A stretch of 64,000 nucleotides of DNA from an uncultured delta proteobacterium (GCA_963778655.1 CAVZVA010000005.1:800001-864000), one strand, 5' to 3'; counted from the first letter of the stretch, positions 34,287-45,041 are shown. Notes: a model not told the origin generated them from the letters alone. Numbers and translations: made by a program.

Positions 34287-34877
34287 GTGTCGTTGAGCTG
34301 CGCGCGCGTGGTCGCGGTCGTGCTGCTCGCCGGCTGCGCGTCGGCACCGAGCAAGCCTGTCGTGATCGCGCCGCCGTCGGAACCGGTGGCGGCGCTCGGC
34401 CCAGGCGACTCGTTCGAGGTCAGCGTGTATGGGCAGGCTGATCTCTCGGGCAAGTACCGAATCGACGAAGACGGCAGCATCAACTTCCCGCTGGTGGGCC
34501 GCATCGCGTGCGCGGGCAAGGCTCCCGGCGCGATCGCCACGACCATTCAGGACCAGCTCGCGCAGAAGCAGATCCTGCGCGACCCGCACGTGTCCGTGTT
34601 CCTGCTCGCGCAGACGTCCAAACAGATCTCGGTCATGGGCGCGGTCTCGAAGCCCGGCAGCTTTCCGCTCACGACCGGCATGACGATCATTCAGGCCATC
34701 AGCGCCGCCGGCGGGCTTACCCAGCTCGCCAGCGGCAACAGCACCATCGTGACGCGCCACGCCAACGGGCACCTGCAGCGCTTCAAGGTGGCCGTGGACC
34801 GTATCAGCGAAGGCCGCGAGGAAGACTTCACGCTGCAGGACGGCGACATCGTCTTCGTCCCCGAGAGGATCTTCTAA
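34287..34877 (+). CDS. Short OPX (Wza-like) polysaccharide export lipoprotein without the C-terminal OM helix
   Basis: Lipobox LLAGC; Poly_export motif LGPGD...DGSINFPLVG; SLBB GAVSKPG...AGG; ends at GDIVFVPERIF. Confidence 0.9.
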   Translation: MSLSCARVVAVVLLAGCASAPSKPVVIAPPSEPVAALGPGDSFEVSVYGQADLSGKYRIDEDGSINFPLVGRIACAGKAPGAIATTIQDQLAQKQILRDPHVSVFLLAQTSKQISVMGAVSKPGSFPLTTGMTIIQAISAAGGLTQLASGNSTIVTRHANGHLQRFKVAVDRISEGREEDFTLQDGDIVFVPERIF

Positions 34878-34923
34878 TAGCGGTTCTTTTGGTGGGGGCT
34901 GCCGGGTGTAGTAGCATGTACGC

Positions 34924-35154
34924 ATGTTCGGGTTCCTCGCTCGGACCGCGTTTCGCATGCTGGTGCTGGCCGCCGCGCTGTACGGGACGTTCTTCGTTCC
35001 GATCGGCTCGCGCACGCTCTACGGGCACTTGCGCCGCATCGCTGCGACCTCCGAGGCCCACGAGCTGTTCGGCGCGGTCTCGGGCGTGGCCCACGACGCG
35101 GGCAAGGCCGTGGCGTCGCGGGTCGAGAAGCTGAAGCCGCCTCCTCTGCGTTGA
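34924..35154 (+). CDS. Small membrane-anchored hypothetical protein
   Basis: Hydrophobic N-terminus; fills the gap between the OPX and nucleotidyltransferase genes. Confidence 0.6.
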   Translation: MFGFLARTAFRMLVLAAALYGTFFVPIGSRTLYGHLRRIAATSEAHELFGAVSGVAHDAGKAVASRVEKLKPPPLR

Positions 35155-35155
35155 T

Positions 35156-36007
35156 GTGCGGGCGCTCCGGGCGCAGGCTTTGCTCGTGAGCAGCGCTCCG
35201 CAGGCGGACCGGGCGTTGGTCAGCGAGGTCGTCGGGCGCGAGATCGTATGCCGGGTGGCCCCGCTGTTGGCGCGCGTCGGCATCGCCGTGATGCCGCTGA
35301 AGGGCGTCTGGCTGCAGGCCTGCGTGTACCGCGGCCGCGGGCTGCGGACGATCACCGACGTGGACCTGCTGGTGCAGGAGCACTGCTATGAGCGTGCGCT
35401 CGACGCCATGACGCAAGCGGGCTGGCGCCGGCGTTCCAGCGACACCCGAGAGACCAGCCTCGCGCATGCGGAGCTCGAGCTACCCGTGGATCTGCACCGC
35501 AGGCTGTTCACGCCGGGCGCGTTTCGACTGCCGACCGCGGAGCTGTTTGCGCGCGCGCGCGCGGACAGTGCCACCTTCGGCGTCGCGCTGCAGGCCCCCG
35601 ACCCGCTGGACGTGTACGCGCACATGCTGGGACACAGTGTGAAGAGCCGCCTGCGGCTCGACGAGCCAGCGGCGTTTGTGGACTTCCGCGCCATGGCCGA
35701 GGCGTGGGTGCTCGATCCACGCGTTTGCGCGCACCACCTCGAGCGTGCGGGTATGGCGCGCGCGGCGCGCTTCGCGTTCGGAGAGCTGGCCGAAGCGCCG
35801 GGCCAGGGGTTCCTGCGCGCCCTGCTGGAGTCGCTGCGTCCCGACCCCCGGGGCGAGCGCGTGGTCGCCCTGGCCCGAGTCATCGCGCGGCGGGCCGAAG
35901 GCGCCCCGCGTTTGGGTGCGCTACCGGGCTTTCTGGTCGAGCGCTCGCTAACGGCGGGCGCGCTGGTGCTGGCGCGCCGCTTCGCGGACCGCGCGCGCGG
36001 CGGCTAG
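35156..36007 (+). CDS. Nucleotidyltransferase family protein (NTP_transf_5-like)
   Basis: PLKG...Y...R...DVDLLV and DLH motifs. Confidence 0.78.
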   Translation: MRALRAQALLVSSAPQADRALVSEVVGREIVCRVAPLLARVGIAVMPLKGVWLQACVYRGRGLRTITDVDLLVQEHCYERALDAMTQAGWRRRSSDTRETSLAHAELELPVDLHRRLFTPGAFRLPTAELFARARADSATFGVALQAPDPLDVYAHMLGHSVKSRLRLDEPAAFVDFRAMAEAWVLDPRVCAHHLERAGMARAARFAFGELAEAPGQGFLRALLESLRPDPRGERVVALARVIARRAEGAPRLGALPGFLVERSLTAGALVLARRFADRARGG

Positions 36008-36043
36008 TGCCCTGGGCTCTGTGGTATCCTGATCAGGAAGCGC

Positions 36044-36505
36044 ATGGGTCAGAGCCGACGCATCGGCGAGCTCTTGAAGGCAGCGGGGCTTGTTACCGAG
36101 GAGCAGCTCGCGGAAGCGCTCGACGAGCAGGAGCGCAGCGCCGGGCGGCTGGGCGAGATCCTGGTCCGGCGCGGCGTTGTCGGTGAGCTCCAGGTCACGC
36201 AGGTGCTGTCGAACCAGCTCAGCGTGGCGTGGGTCTCGCTGCGGCATGTCGAGGTGACCGAGGAGCTGCTGGTGCTGGTGCCGCTCGAGGTGGCCGAGCA
36301 GTACACGCTGATCCCGGTTCACTTTCGCATCGGCGAGAAGAAGCAGAAGATCCTCTACGTCGCGATGGACGACCCCACCGACGTCGCGGCGATGGAGCAT
36401 GTCTCGCGCATCACGGGCATGCACGTGCGTCCGTTGATCGCTCCGCCGAGCGAGATTCGCCAGCAGATCGAGGCGCGCTACCGCGCTCGCATCGCGCAAC
36501 CGTAG
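36044..36505 (+). CDS. Stand-alone MshEN/T2SSE_N c-di-GMP-binding protein
   Basis: Tandem RIGELLKAAGLVTEEQLAEALDEQ / RLGEILVRRG motifs; VAMDDP; no ATPase domain. Confidence 0.85.
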   Translation: MGQSRRIGELLKAAGLVTEEQLAEALDEQERSAGRLGEILVRRGVVGELQVTQVLSNQLSVAWVSLRHVEVTEELLVLVPLEVAEQYTLIPVHFRIGEKKQKILYVAMDDPTDVAAMEHVSRITGMHVRPLIAPPSEIRQQIEARYRARIAQP

Positions 36506-36554
36506 GGCGCAAGCCTCGCGCCGCCCCGCCCTCGCGTTCGGGCGCGCAGGGCGG

Positions 36555-37187
36555 TCAGAGGACCGGGCTCGCCATCGTCGGCGTAGAGGGCGTGTCCATC
36601 GGCATGTCGCCTTCCGACGGGCTTACCGATGTGGTCGTGGACGTTCCGGGCACCAGCAGGCCTTGTGGGCCGCGGTCGCTCGTCGCGGGAAGACGGTCGG
36701 TCGCCTGGTCCGTGCCCTTGGCCGCGGACGGATCGGTCGGCGGCTCGATGGCGTCGACCGACGTGCTATCCGGCTCGCCGGCGCCGACGCAACGCGAGGC
36801 TTCGGCGACCACGGCGCCCACCTTTTGGGCGACCACCGTGATGACCACGAACGGCTCGTGAGCCGCGTCTTCGCTGGGCGACTTGGCCAGCGTCTGCAGC
36901 TGCGCTTCGGCCTTGTTGCGCAGGCGGCCGACCTGGTCGAGCTTGTCGCGCAGGCAAGTCGCCAGTAGCCGATCGTCCTTGCGCTGGGCGCTGGCCATCA
37001 CCGTCGAAAGCTGGAGCTGCGCCTTGGCGATGCCATCGAGGGCCGCGCGACCCGAGGCCAGCAAGGCCGCGGTCTCGGCCTGCGCCGGTGTGGACGGCAC
37101 GCCGGTGTCAGCGCGGTCGGCGGCTGCCATCATGGGAATCACTGCGCTCAGGCTGACCAGGACCGGGACGTGAAAGCGCACTGCCAT
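36555..37187 (-). CDS. Secreted helical protein of unknown function (TCLRDKL...RCVG), paralog of 32238
   Basis: Signal peptide; shared Cys motifs; RBS GAGGA upstream. Confidence 0.78.
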   Translation of the reverse strand: MAVRFHVPVLVSLSAVIPMMAAADRADTGVPSTPAQAETAALLASGRAALDGIAKAQLQLSTVMASAQRKDDRLLATCLRDKLDQVGRLRNKAEAQLQTLAKSPSEDAAHEPFVVITVVAQKVGAVVAEASRCVGAGEPDSTSVDAIEPPTDPSAAKGTDQATDRLPATSDRGPQGLLVPGTSTTTSVSPSEGDMPMDTPSTPTMASPVL

Positions 37188-37212
37188 TCCTCGTTTCTAT
37201 GAGAACAGAATA

Positions 37213-37241
37213 ATACTACTACACAGAAATCCGTCTGTGAA
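37213..37241 (-). promoter_or_regulatory. Putative sigma-70 promoter with a palindromic operator in an AT-rich patch
   Basis: Minus strand TTCACA-N17-TAGTAT; CACAGA-N6-TCTGTG at 37222-37239. Confidence 0.5.
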
Positions 37242-37421
37242 GTAAATTTATATCTACATTCGACTCCGCCAAGCCCGAGGCGGATCCCTCCTCCAAGCTC
37301 TTTGGGGGGCAGCGAGGCCTCGGATGCCGGCGCGACCGGGCCCTTGGCGCGGGTCAGGGGATTCGCCGGAACGCGATTGCGGCGGGCGGCTGCGAGCCAA
37401 ACCTCGGAGCGCTCGAGCCGG

Positions 37422-38981
37422 TTACGCGAACAGGCCGCAGGCCTTGGAAGCGAGCTGCGCCCCGGTGAAGGGCTTGGGCAGAAACGCGGTGCGGCCCTCG
37501 AGTTGGATCTCCGAGTCCTGGTCGGCCCCTACGTAGCCCGAGCAGACCAGCACCCGCAGCGCGGGTTGCGAGGTGCGCAGGGCCTCGGCCAGCTTGATGC
37601 CGTTCAGCCCGGGCAGCACCACGTCCGTCACCAGCAGGTCGACCCGCGCGCCCAGGTCCTCCACGATAGCCAGCGCCTCTTCGGCGGTCCTGGCCTCGAG
37701 CACGTTGAGTCCCACCCCCTGCAAGCTGCGAATCATGGTGCGACGAATCGCCGCCTGGTCCTCGACCACCAGCGCCAGCCCGTCGAGCCGGGCGCTGCGC
37801 GCCGGCGCGTCCTCCAGTTGTGCGCTCGATTCCGCAGTGCCCTGACCGGCGAGCGGCAGCAGCACGGTGAAGCACGAGCCTTCGTCCGGACGGCTCTGGA
37901 CCTCGATGTGGCCGTGCGCCTGCTTGACGATGCCATAGCAGGTCGCGAGCCCCAGTCCCGTGCCCTTGTCACCCTTGGTGCTGAAAAACGGCTCGAAGAT
38001 CTGGGCCAGCACCTCGGCGCTCATGCCGAGGCCGCTGTCGGCGACGCTCAACGCGGCGTACTCGCCGTCGGGCAGTTGGGGGTGATCGTGGATCAGTCGC
38101 CGCGCGCTCGAGATGGTGAGCGTGCCGCCTTCGGGCATCGCGTCGCGCGCGTTGACGGCCAGGTTCATCAGCAGCTGGTCGAGCTGACCCGGGTCGAACA
38201 TGACCTGAAGCGACTCGGTGCAGGGCAGAATGTCGAGGGCGATGGGCTCTTCGAGCGTGCGGCGCAGGACGCGCCCGAGCTGGCCCACCGATGCGTTGAG
38301 GTCGAGCTGCACCGGCTCGACCGGCCGCTTGCGCGAGAACGCCAGCAGCTGGCTGGTCAGCTTGGCTGCGCTGTCGGCGGCCTTGAGCACCTCGACCAGG
38401 TCGGCGCGGCGCGGATCGCCCGGCGCCAAGTCGTCCATCACGAAGCGCGAGAACGAGATGATCGCGGTCAGCAGGTTGTTGAAGTCGTGAGCGACGCCAC
38501 CGGCGAGCCGGCCGATCGACTCCATCTTCTGAGCGTGTAGCATCTGCCGCCGTGACTCCTCGAGGTCGCTCTCGGCCTTGCGGCGCTCGGTGATGTCGCT
38601 GACGAACAGCAGCACCTTGGGGTCGCCGCCGTCCGCGTACCGCTTCATGCGCGCGCAGTACCAGCGCTGGCTGCCGTCCTGGCGCGGCGAGGGAAACTCG
38701 TGCGTCTCCTCGATCCCGGTCGCAACCACGCGCGCGAGCGCTTCCCGAACCTGCGCGGCACCCGCGCCCACGTAGACCGCCGCGGGCGTGCCGCGCACCT
38801 TCGCCGGCGTCAGCGGCGATGCGGCGCGGTTGGCGAACTCGACACGTCCGGCGGCGTCCAGCACGAACAGGTAGTCCGGCGCGTGCTCAGCCAGGGCCTT
38901 GTAGTACGCGCGAACGTTCCCTCGGGGGTCCTTGGTTTTGGCTTTCGCGCGGCTTGGTCGAGTGCTGGATGGAGCGGTCAT
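37422..38981 (-). CDS. PAS-histidine kinase-REC hybrid (CckA-like)
   Basis: PAS/PAC; GGVAHDFNNLL; NARDAM; FEPFFSTK..GTGLGL; REC TDVVLP. Confidence 0.93.
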   Translation of the reverse strand: MTAPSSTRPSRAKAKTKDPRGNVRAYYKALAEHAPDYLFVLDAAGRVEFANRAASPLTPAKVRGTPAAVYVGAGAAQVREALARVVATGIEETHEFPSPRQDGSQRWYCARMKRYADGGDPKVLLFVSDITERRKAESDLEESRRQMLHAQKMESIGRLAGGVAHDFNNLLTAIISFSRFVMDDLAPGDPRRADLVEVLKAADSAAKLTSQLLAFSRKRPVEPVQLDLNASVGQLGRVLRRTLEEPIALDILPCTESLQVMFDPGQLDQLLMNLAVNARDAMPEGGTLTISSARRLIHDHPQLPDGEYAALSVADSGLGMSAEVLAQIFEPFFSTKGDKGTGLGLATCYGIVKQAHGHIEVQSRPDEGSCFTVLLPLAGQGTAESSAQLEDAPARSARLDGLALVVEDQAAIRRTMIRSLQGVGLNVLEARTAEEALAIVEDLGARVDLLVTDVVLPGLNGIKLAEALRTSQPALRVLVCSGYVGADQDSEIQLEGRTAFLPKPFTGAQLASKACGLFA

Positions 38982-39032
38982 GCTTGGGCTCCGGGCGGCA
39001 AGGGTGCGGGGGATCTGCACGAGGTCCAGGTG

Positions 39033-39050
39033 ATGCACAAGCCATGCCCG
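39033..39050 (-). promoter_or_regulatory. Putative sigma-54 promoter for the PAS hybrid kinase
   Basis: Minus strand GGGCATGGCTTGTGCA (GG-N10-GC). Confidence 0.45.
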
Positions 39051-39187
39051 CGGCGGGCCCCGTGATCGCTTACGCAGTCGTGAGGCAAGTGGCAGGACCG
39101 ACCTACCGCGTGGCCGATTCGACCATGCGGCGACCCAGCGCACGCGTGAAGTCACGCTCAGCCATGGCGCCACGGCTCGAATCGAGC

Positions 39188-39205
39188 TTGGCACGGGTCT
39201 CGCAA
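39188..39205 (+). promoter_or_regulatory. Putative sigma-54 promoter for the FHA-GGDEF operon
   Basis: TTGGCACGGGTCTCGCAA (GG-N10-GC), about 35 nt before the ATG. Confidence 0.65.
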
Positions 39206-39239
39206 CGCTAACGCAGCGTCGTACCCGCAAGGTGGGGAT

Positions 39240-40331
39240 ATGCCGACACAACCATTCGAAAAGACACTCGTAGTGAAACCGACGCCCGGCGCCGCGCAAA
39301 GCGCGCCCCTCAGCGAAAAGAAGGCGACGTTGAGCGTTCTGGTCGGCGGCGAAGTCGGCGCCACCTTCACGCTGGGGCCCAACGCGACGCTGGTAGGCCG
39401 CAGCCCCGAGGCCCACGTCACGCTCGAGGATGATGGCATCTCGCGCAGCCACGCGCGGATCCTGCGCAGGGGCGACCAGTACCTGATCGAGGATCTGGGG
39501 AGCACCAACGGGACCTATGTAGGTGGCCAGCGTATTACCGGCACCACGGCGCTGGTGGAAAGCGCGCGCATCCAGCTGGGCAACACCATTCTACGCTTCG
39601 CGCTGCTCGACCAGCTCGAACGCGACGCGTCGAAGCGGATCTACGAGATGAGCGTGCGCGACGGCCTGACCGGGGTGTTCAACCGGCGGTACTTCGACGA
39701 GCGAATCACCAGCGAGTTCGCATTCGCCGCTCGCCACGGAACGGCCCTCTGCGTGCTGCTGGTCGACATCGACCACTTCAAGCGGGTCAACGATCGCTGG
39801 GGTCACCAGGCCGGCGACGCCGTGCTGCGACGGGTTGTGGGCGAGCTCCGCAGCGGCGTGCGAACCGAGGACGTGGTGGCGCGCTACGGCGGGGAGGAGT
39901 TCGCGATTCTGGCGCGCGGGATCGACGTGATGGGCGCCCGCCTGTTCGCCGAGCGCGTGCGCGCGATGGTCGAGCGCGCGGAAATCGCGTGGGAGGGTGA
40001 GCGGATCCCGGTCACGGTGAGCATCGGTCTATCCCACAACCACGCAGGTGCGCCGGCGAAGAAGGCCGAGCGGCTGGTATCCGCCGCAGACCAGGCCTTG
40101 TATGGCGCCAAACGTTCTGGCCGAAATCGGGTAGAGCTGGCCGCCTCGCCTGGCCGATACTCGGCAGCTGGCTCCGACACCAGCGCACCTGCGCCTGCAA
40201 GCGATCCGGTCGAGCAAGCGAGCTCGCCGCGCCGGCCCCGCTATTGGGAGAAGGAGACTGCTCCTGCCGACGAAGAACAACAACGGCTGGTCGGACGTCG
40301 CGCATCGCCCTCAGGACAGAGCAGGCGTTGA
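39240..40331 (+). CDS. FHA-GGDEF diguanylate cyclase
   Basis: FHA VGRS...ISRSH...STNGT; DIDHFK; RTED I-site; GGEEF. Confidence 0.93.
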   Translation: MPTQPFEKTLVVKPTPGAAQSAPLSEKKATLSVLVGGEVGATFTLGPNATLVGRSPEAHVTLEDDGISRSHARILRRGDQYLIEDLGSTNGTYVGGQRITGTTALVESARIQLGNTILRFALLDQLERDASKRIYEMSVRDGLTGVFNRRYFDERITSEFAFAARHGTALCVLLVDIDHFKRVNDRWGHQAGDAVLRRVVGELRSGVRTEDVVARYGGEEFAILARGIDVMGARLFAERVRAMVERAEIAWEGERIPVTVSIGLSHNHAGAPAKKAERLVSAADQALYGAKRSGRNRVELAASPGRYSAAGSDTSAPAPASDPVEQASSPRRPRYWEKETAPADEEQQRLVGRRASPSGQSRR

Positions 40332-40374
40332 GAAGCGCGCGGACTTCCATCGAAGCCGCTGCGCCAACCAGGAA

Positions 40375-40863
40375 ATGACTGTTATGATCTCTGAAGGATC
40401 GAATTTGGAACCCGCGGTTCGCATACCGACGATTCTCGTCGTCGATGACACCGAAACGGTGCGCAAGAGCGTCACACGCTGCCTGCGCAGACATGGCTTT
40501 CTCGTACTCGAGGCTGCGAATGCGGCCGAGGCGCTGGTGCTGGTCGGTGCCAACGGAAACGAGCTCGATCTGGTTCTCGCCGACCTGGTGCTGCCTGCGA
40601 TGTCGGGCGTGCAGTTGATCCGCGAGGTGCACCGGCGCTTTCCAGGCGTGGCAGCGGCGTACATGACCGGGCACCTCGGAAGGTCCGAGCGCTGCCAGAG
40701 CGCGCCCGAAGCGGGCTCGCTGGTGCTGATCAAGCCCTTCACGCCGAGCCTGCTGCTGGAGCGCGTACGTGCAGCGTTGCTGCAGGCCGGATGGAGCAGC
40801 CCGCTGGACGTGGGGTTGCGCGCGGTCGAGCCCTTGGGCGGTCGCCGATATCCCGCCGATTGA
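40375..40863 (+). CDS. Single-domain response regulator
   Basis: LVVDD, ADLVLP, MTG and KPF. Confidence 0.88.
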   Translation: MTVMISEGSNLEPAVRIPTILVVDDTETVRKSVTRCLRRHGFLVLEAANAAEALVLVGANGNELDLVLADLVLPAMSGVQLIREVHRRFPGVAAAYMTGHLGRSERCQSAPEAGSLVLIKPFTPSLLLERVRAALLQAGWSSPLDVGLRAVEPLGGRRYPAD

Positions 40864-40968
40864 ATCCGAGATGCGCCAACACCGCAAGTCAATGAAGATG
40901 CGTTCGATGCATCCGAAGGATCACGCGCGGGCGCGAGTGCGCGCAGCCGCGAGGACCGGATAGGGACG

Positions 40969-42333
<1,365 letters not shown>

Positions 42334-42351
42334 ACAACATCGGGAGAGCTC

Positions 42352-43536
42352 ATGGCGGTTGATCAAGTCGAGGCTCACACCCAGAAGCAAAGACGCGCGC
42401 GACTACTCGTCATCGACGACGACGTGTTGATGCGCAAGCTGCTCAACCGTGTGCTCACCAACAAGGGCTACGAGGTGCTGCTGGCGCAGGACGGCGCCCA
42501 CGCCAAGGAGCTGCTCGACCAGGGCGAGTTCGACCTGGTGCTGACCGACGTGCACATGCCCAAGCTGGATGGAATCGGCGTGCTCAAGCTGGTGCGCGAG
42601 CGCGATCCGGACTTCCCGGTGATCCTGTTCACCGCGAGCCCCTCTGCGGAGACCGCGATCGGGGCGCTGCAGCTGAGCGCCACCGCCTACCTCACCAAGC
42701 CGATCGATCCGGCTCGCTTGACCGAGGAAGTCGAGAAGGCCTTGAAGATGAACGAGCTGGCACACGTGCGCAAAGAGGCGCATGCGGTGATTCAGGCCGC
42801 GACGCTCGAGCGCAACGCGCGGGCGGAGGTCGGCGACCAGTTCGAGCGCGCGCTGGCGGGGCTGTTCATGGCGTATCAGCCGATCGTCTCCTGGTCGGCC
42901 AAGCGCGCCTTCGGCTACGAGGCGCTGGTGCGCTCCAAGGAGCCCTCGCTGCCGCACCCCGGTGCGCTGTTTGACGCCGCCGAGAAGCTGCAGCGCTGGG
43001 ACGATCTGGGGCGTCTGATTCGGCGCAAGTGCGTGGAGCCGTGGAACGACGCCGACCCGGCGCTGTCGCTGTTCGTCAATCTGCATGCGCGCGAGCTGCT
43101 CGACGACACGCTGTACGAACGCTCGAGCGGCCTGGCCGAGATGTCGAGCCGGGTGGTGCTCGAGATCACCGAGCGCGCCCACCTGGACAGCGTCCAGGAC
43201 GTCGAGACCCGTATCAACCGCCTGCGTGCGATGGGGTTTCGCATTGCCATCGACGACATCGGGGCGGGCTACTCGGGGCTCAACAGCTTCACCATGCTGC
43301 GGCCGGACCTGGTCAAGCTGGACATGGCGCTGGTGCGAGACATCGACAAGGATCCGGTCAAGCGGCGCCTGGCCGGCTTGCTGATCCAGCTGTGCGAGGA
43401 TCTAGGCATCGGCGTGGTGGGGGAGGGCGTCGAGACCGCGACCGAGCGCGACACGCTGATCGAGCTCGGCTGCGACCTGTTCCAGGGCTATCTCTTCGGC
43501 CGCCCCTCGCCCCCCTTCACGATCCCTGTATTCTGA
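42352..43536 (+). CDS. REC-EAL c-di-GMP phosphodiesterase
   Basis: REC domain; EALVR, EITE, DDIGAGYS, KLD, EGVE and QGY all intact. Confidence 0.93.
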   Translation: MAVDQVEAHTQKQRRARLLVIDDDVLMRKLLNRVLTNKGYEVLLAQDGAHAKELLDQGEFDLVLTDVHMPKLDGIGVLKLVRERDPDFPVILFTASPSAETAIGALQLSATAYLTKPIDPARLTEEVEKALKMNELAHVRKEAHAVIQAATLERNARAEVGDQFERALAGLFMAYQPIVSWSAKRAFGYEALVRSKEPSLPHPGALFDAAEKLQRWDDLGRLIRRKCVEPWNDADPALSLFVNLHARELLDDTLYERSSGLAEMSSRVVLEITERAHLDSVQDVETRINRLRAMGFRIAIDDIGAGYSGLNSFTMLRPDLVKLDMALVRDIDKDPVKRRLAGLLIQLCEDLGIGVVGEGVETATERDTLIELGCDLFQGYLFGRPSPPFTIPVF

Positions 43537-43545
43537 AAGCCGGGT

Positions 43546-44709
43546 TCAGCTCGGCAGGCCGGAGGGGGGCGGCGCCGGGATCTGGCGCAGGCGCCGGTAC
43601 ACGTCGCGGGTGAGCTCGGTCTCGCTCTGGCGTGGCAGCGCCGAGCCGACCGCCAGCAGGGCGAAAGCGGTCAGGTCGTGCAGCGCCTGGTAGACGCTGG
43701 CGAGCGCCTGAGCCGGCGCGAGCTGGGCGGTGGCCGCAAGCAGGCGCTCGCGGTCGATGCGCCCGCCCGGAAGCAGCTCCGGCCCCAGGTAGGCACTGAG
43801 GCCGGTCACGCCGATCCACTCCGCGACGCGCGCCTGGGTCGCTGCGCGCACCGTCGGGCTTGCGGCGTGCTCGAAAACCAGGGCCAGGGCGTGCTCAAAC
43901 GGCTCGATCAACGCGACCAGGGCGCGCGCCGGTGGCCGGCTCGGCTCGAGGATCGCGGCCGCGCCTCGCTCGAGCAGCGCGTACACGACCCGCGTCACCT
44001 GGTGCTCGTCGAGGTCGACGCGGTCGGCGATCTGGTGAATGGTGCGCTGCCCGTCGATCTGCGCGGCGATCTGGTTCGCCTGCGCATCGAGGCCGATTTC
44101 GGCGGCAGGGCACACCAGCACCGGCTGCACCTCGCCGCCCGAGATGCGGGTTCGGTAGACGCGCATCTCGTCGGAGCGCTGGGCTGCTTCCAGCATCAGA
44201 CGCGTCATCGGAATGTGAAACGCGATCGGCGGCGCCGGCGCGTCGTCCGAGGGCGCGGTCAGCACGAAACGGCCGCTGGCCAGAGCGAGCGTGTCGTAGA
44301 ATATGCGCTCTGTCTGCGCGCGAAGCGCGTCGAACAGCTGGCGGTGCTCGATCCAGCCCTTGTCGACCAGCACCTCGCCGATGCGGCGGCCCTGCCCGAG
44401 CTGCTTGAGGCACTGCTCGAGTTGGACCTGACTTAGCAGGCCGCGCCGCACCAGCAGCTCGCCCAAGCGGTGCTCGTGCGAATCGCTGGCAGCCGCTTTG
44501 AGCGCACCCTGGTCGAGCGTCAGCCGGTGGTGGACCGCGCCCGATGAAACACGCAGCTCGCCGCTCCAACCGCTCACCGACAGCATGGTGAGCACGTCGG
44601 CCATCGTGCGCTCCGAGGTGATCGGACCGCAAAGCAGGGTCCGGCCGAGCCGTGTGTCGGGTCGTGGAGTGGCTCGAGCCACGGTGTCGGAAGCGGTGGG
44701 CGGTTCCAT
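43546..44709 (-). CDS. DUF4388-like protein with an internal MshEN-like motif
   Basis: DVLTMLS...SGEL N-terminus; RLGELLVRRGLLSQVQLEQCLKQ...RIGEVLVDKG; GRF. Confidence 0.75.
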   Translation of the reverse strand: MEPPTASDTVARATPRPDTRLGRTLLCGPITSERTMADVLTMLSVSGWSGELRVSSGAVHHRLTLDQGALKAAASDSHEHRLGELLVRRGLLSQVQLEQCLKQLGQGRRIGEVLVDKGWIEHRQLFDALRAQTERIFYDTLALASGRFVLTAPSDDAPAPPIAFHIPMTRLMLEAAQRSDEMRVYRTRISGGEVQPVLVCPAAEIGLDAQANQIAAQIDGQRTIHQIADRVDLDEHQVTRVVYALLERGAAAILEPSRPPARALVALIEPFEHALALVFEHAASPTVRAATQARVAEWIGVTGLSAYLGPELLPGGRIDRERLLAATAQLAPAQALASVYQALHDLTAFALLAVGSALPRQSETELTRDVYRRLRQIPAPPPSGLPS

Positions 44710-44923
44710 GCCGATCTCCTCGGCGAACAAGGGTGCATCAAGCATGCCGCGCGCCGTGCGGGGGCGGACGCGTGTCGATCGCCGCCCAATCGACCTGGGC
44801 AGTGGCGTTTGGGTGAGGGCGCGCGCGCTACGGCGTGGTCGAAGTCGCCACCGCCGCAGTACACTGGTCCTCTGATGCTCGAAGGCCCGCCGCGAAATAC
44901 ACGCAAACGCGGAGGCACCGGGC

Positions 44924-44941
44924 CGGGCATGGAGCTTGCAC
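44924..44941 (+). promoter_or_regulatory. Putative sigma-54 promoter
   Basis: CGGGCATGGAGCTTGCAC (GG-N10-GC, TTGC). Confidence 0.6.
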
Positions 44942-45041
44942 TGCATCCGAGCGCGGACCTCGACGGTCCTTCGGTGCGACGCCGATGACGAGCAACCTCA
45001 TGCCAAACGCAATGAAGCAATCAACCGCACAGGGGGCCGGG

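Noticed and set aside
34924..36007. Possible lasso peptide/RiPP cluster suggested by the nucleotidyltransferase
   Set aside because: No PqqD/RRE, B-protein peptidase, asparagine-synthetase-like cyclase or precursor is visible.
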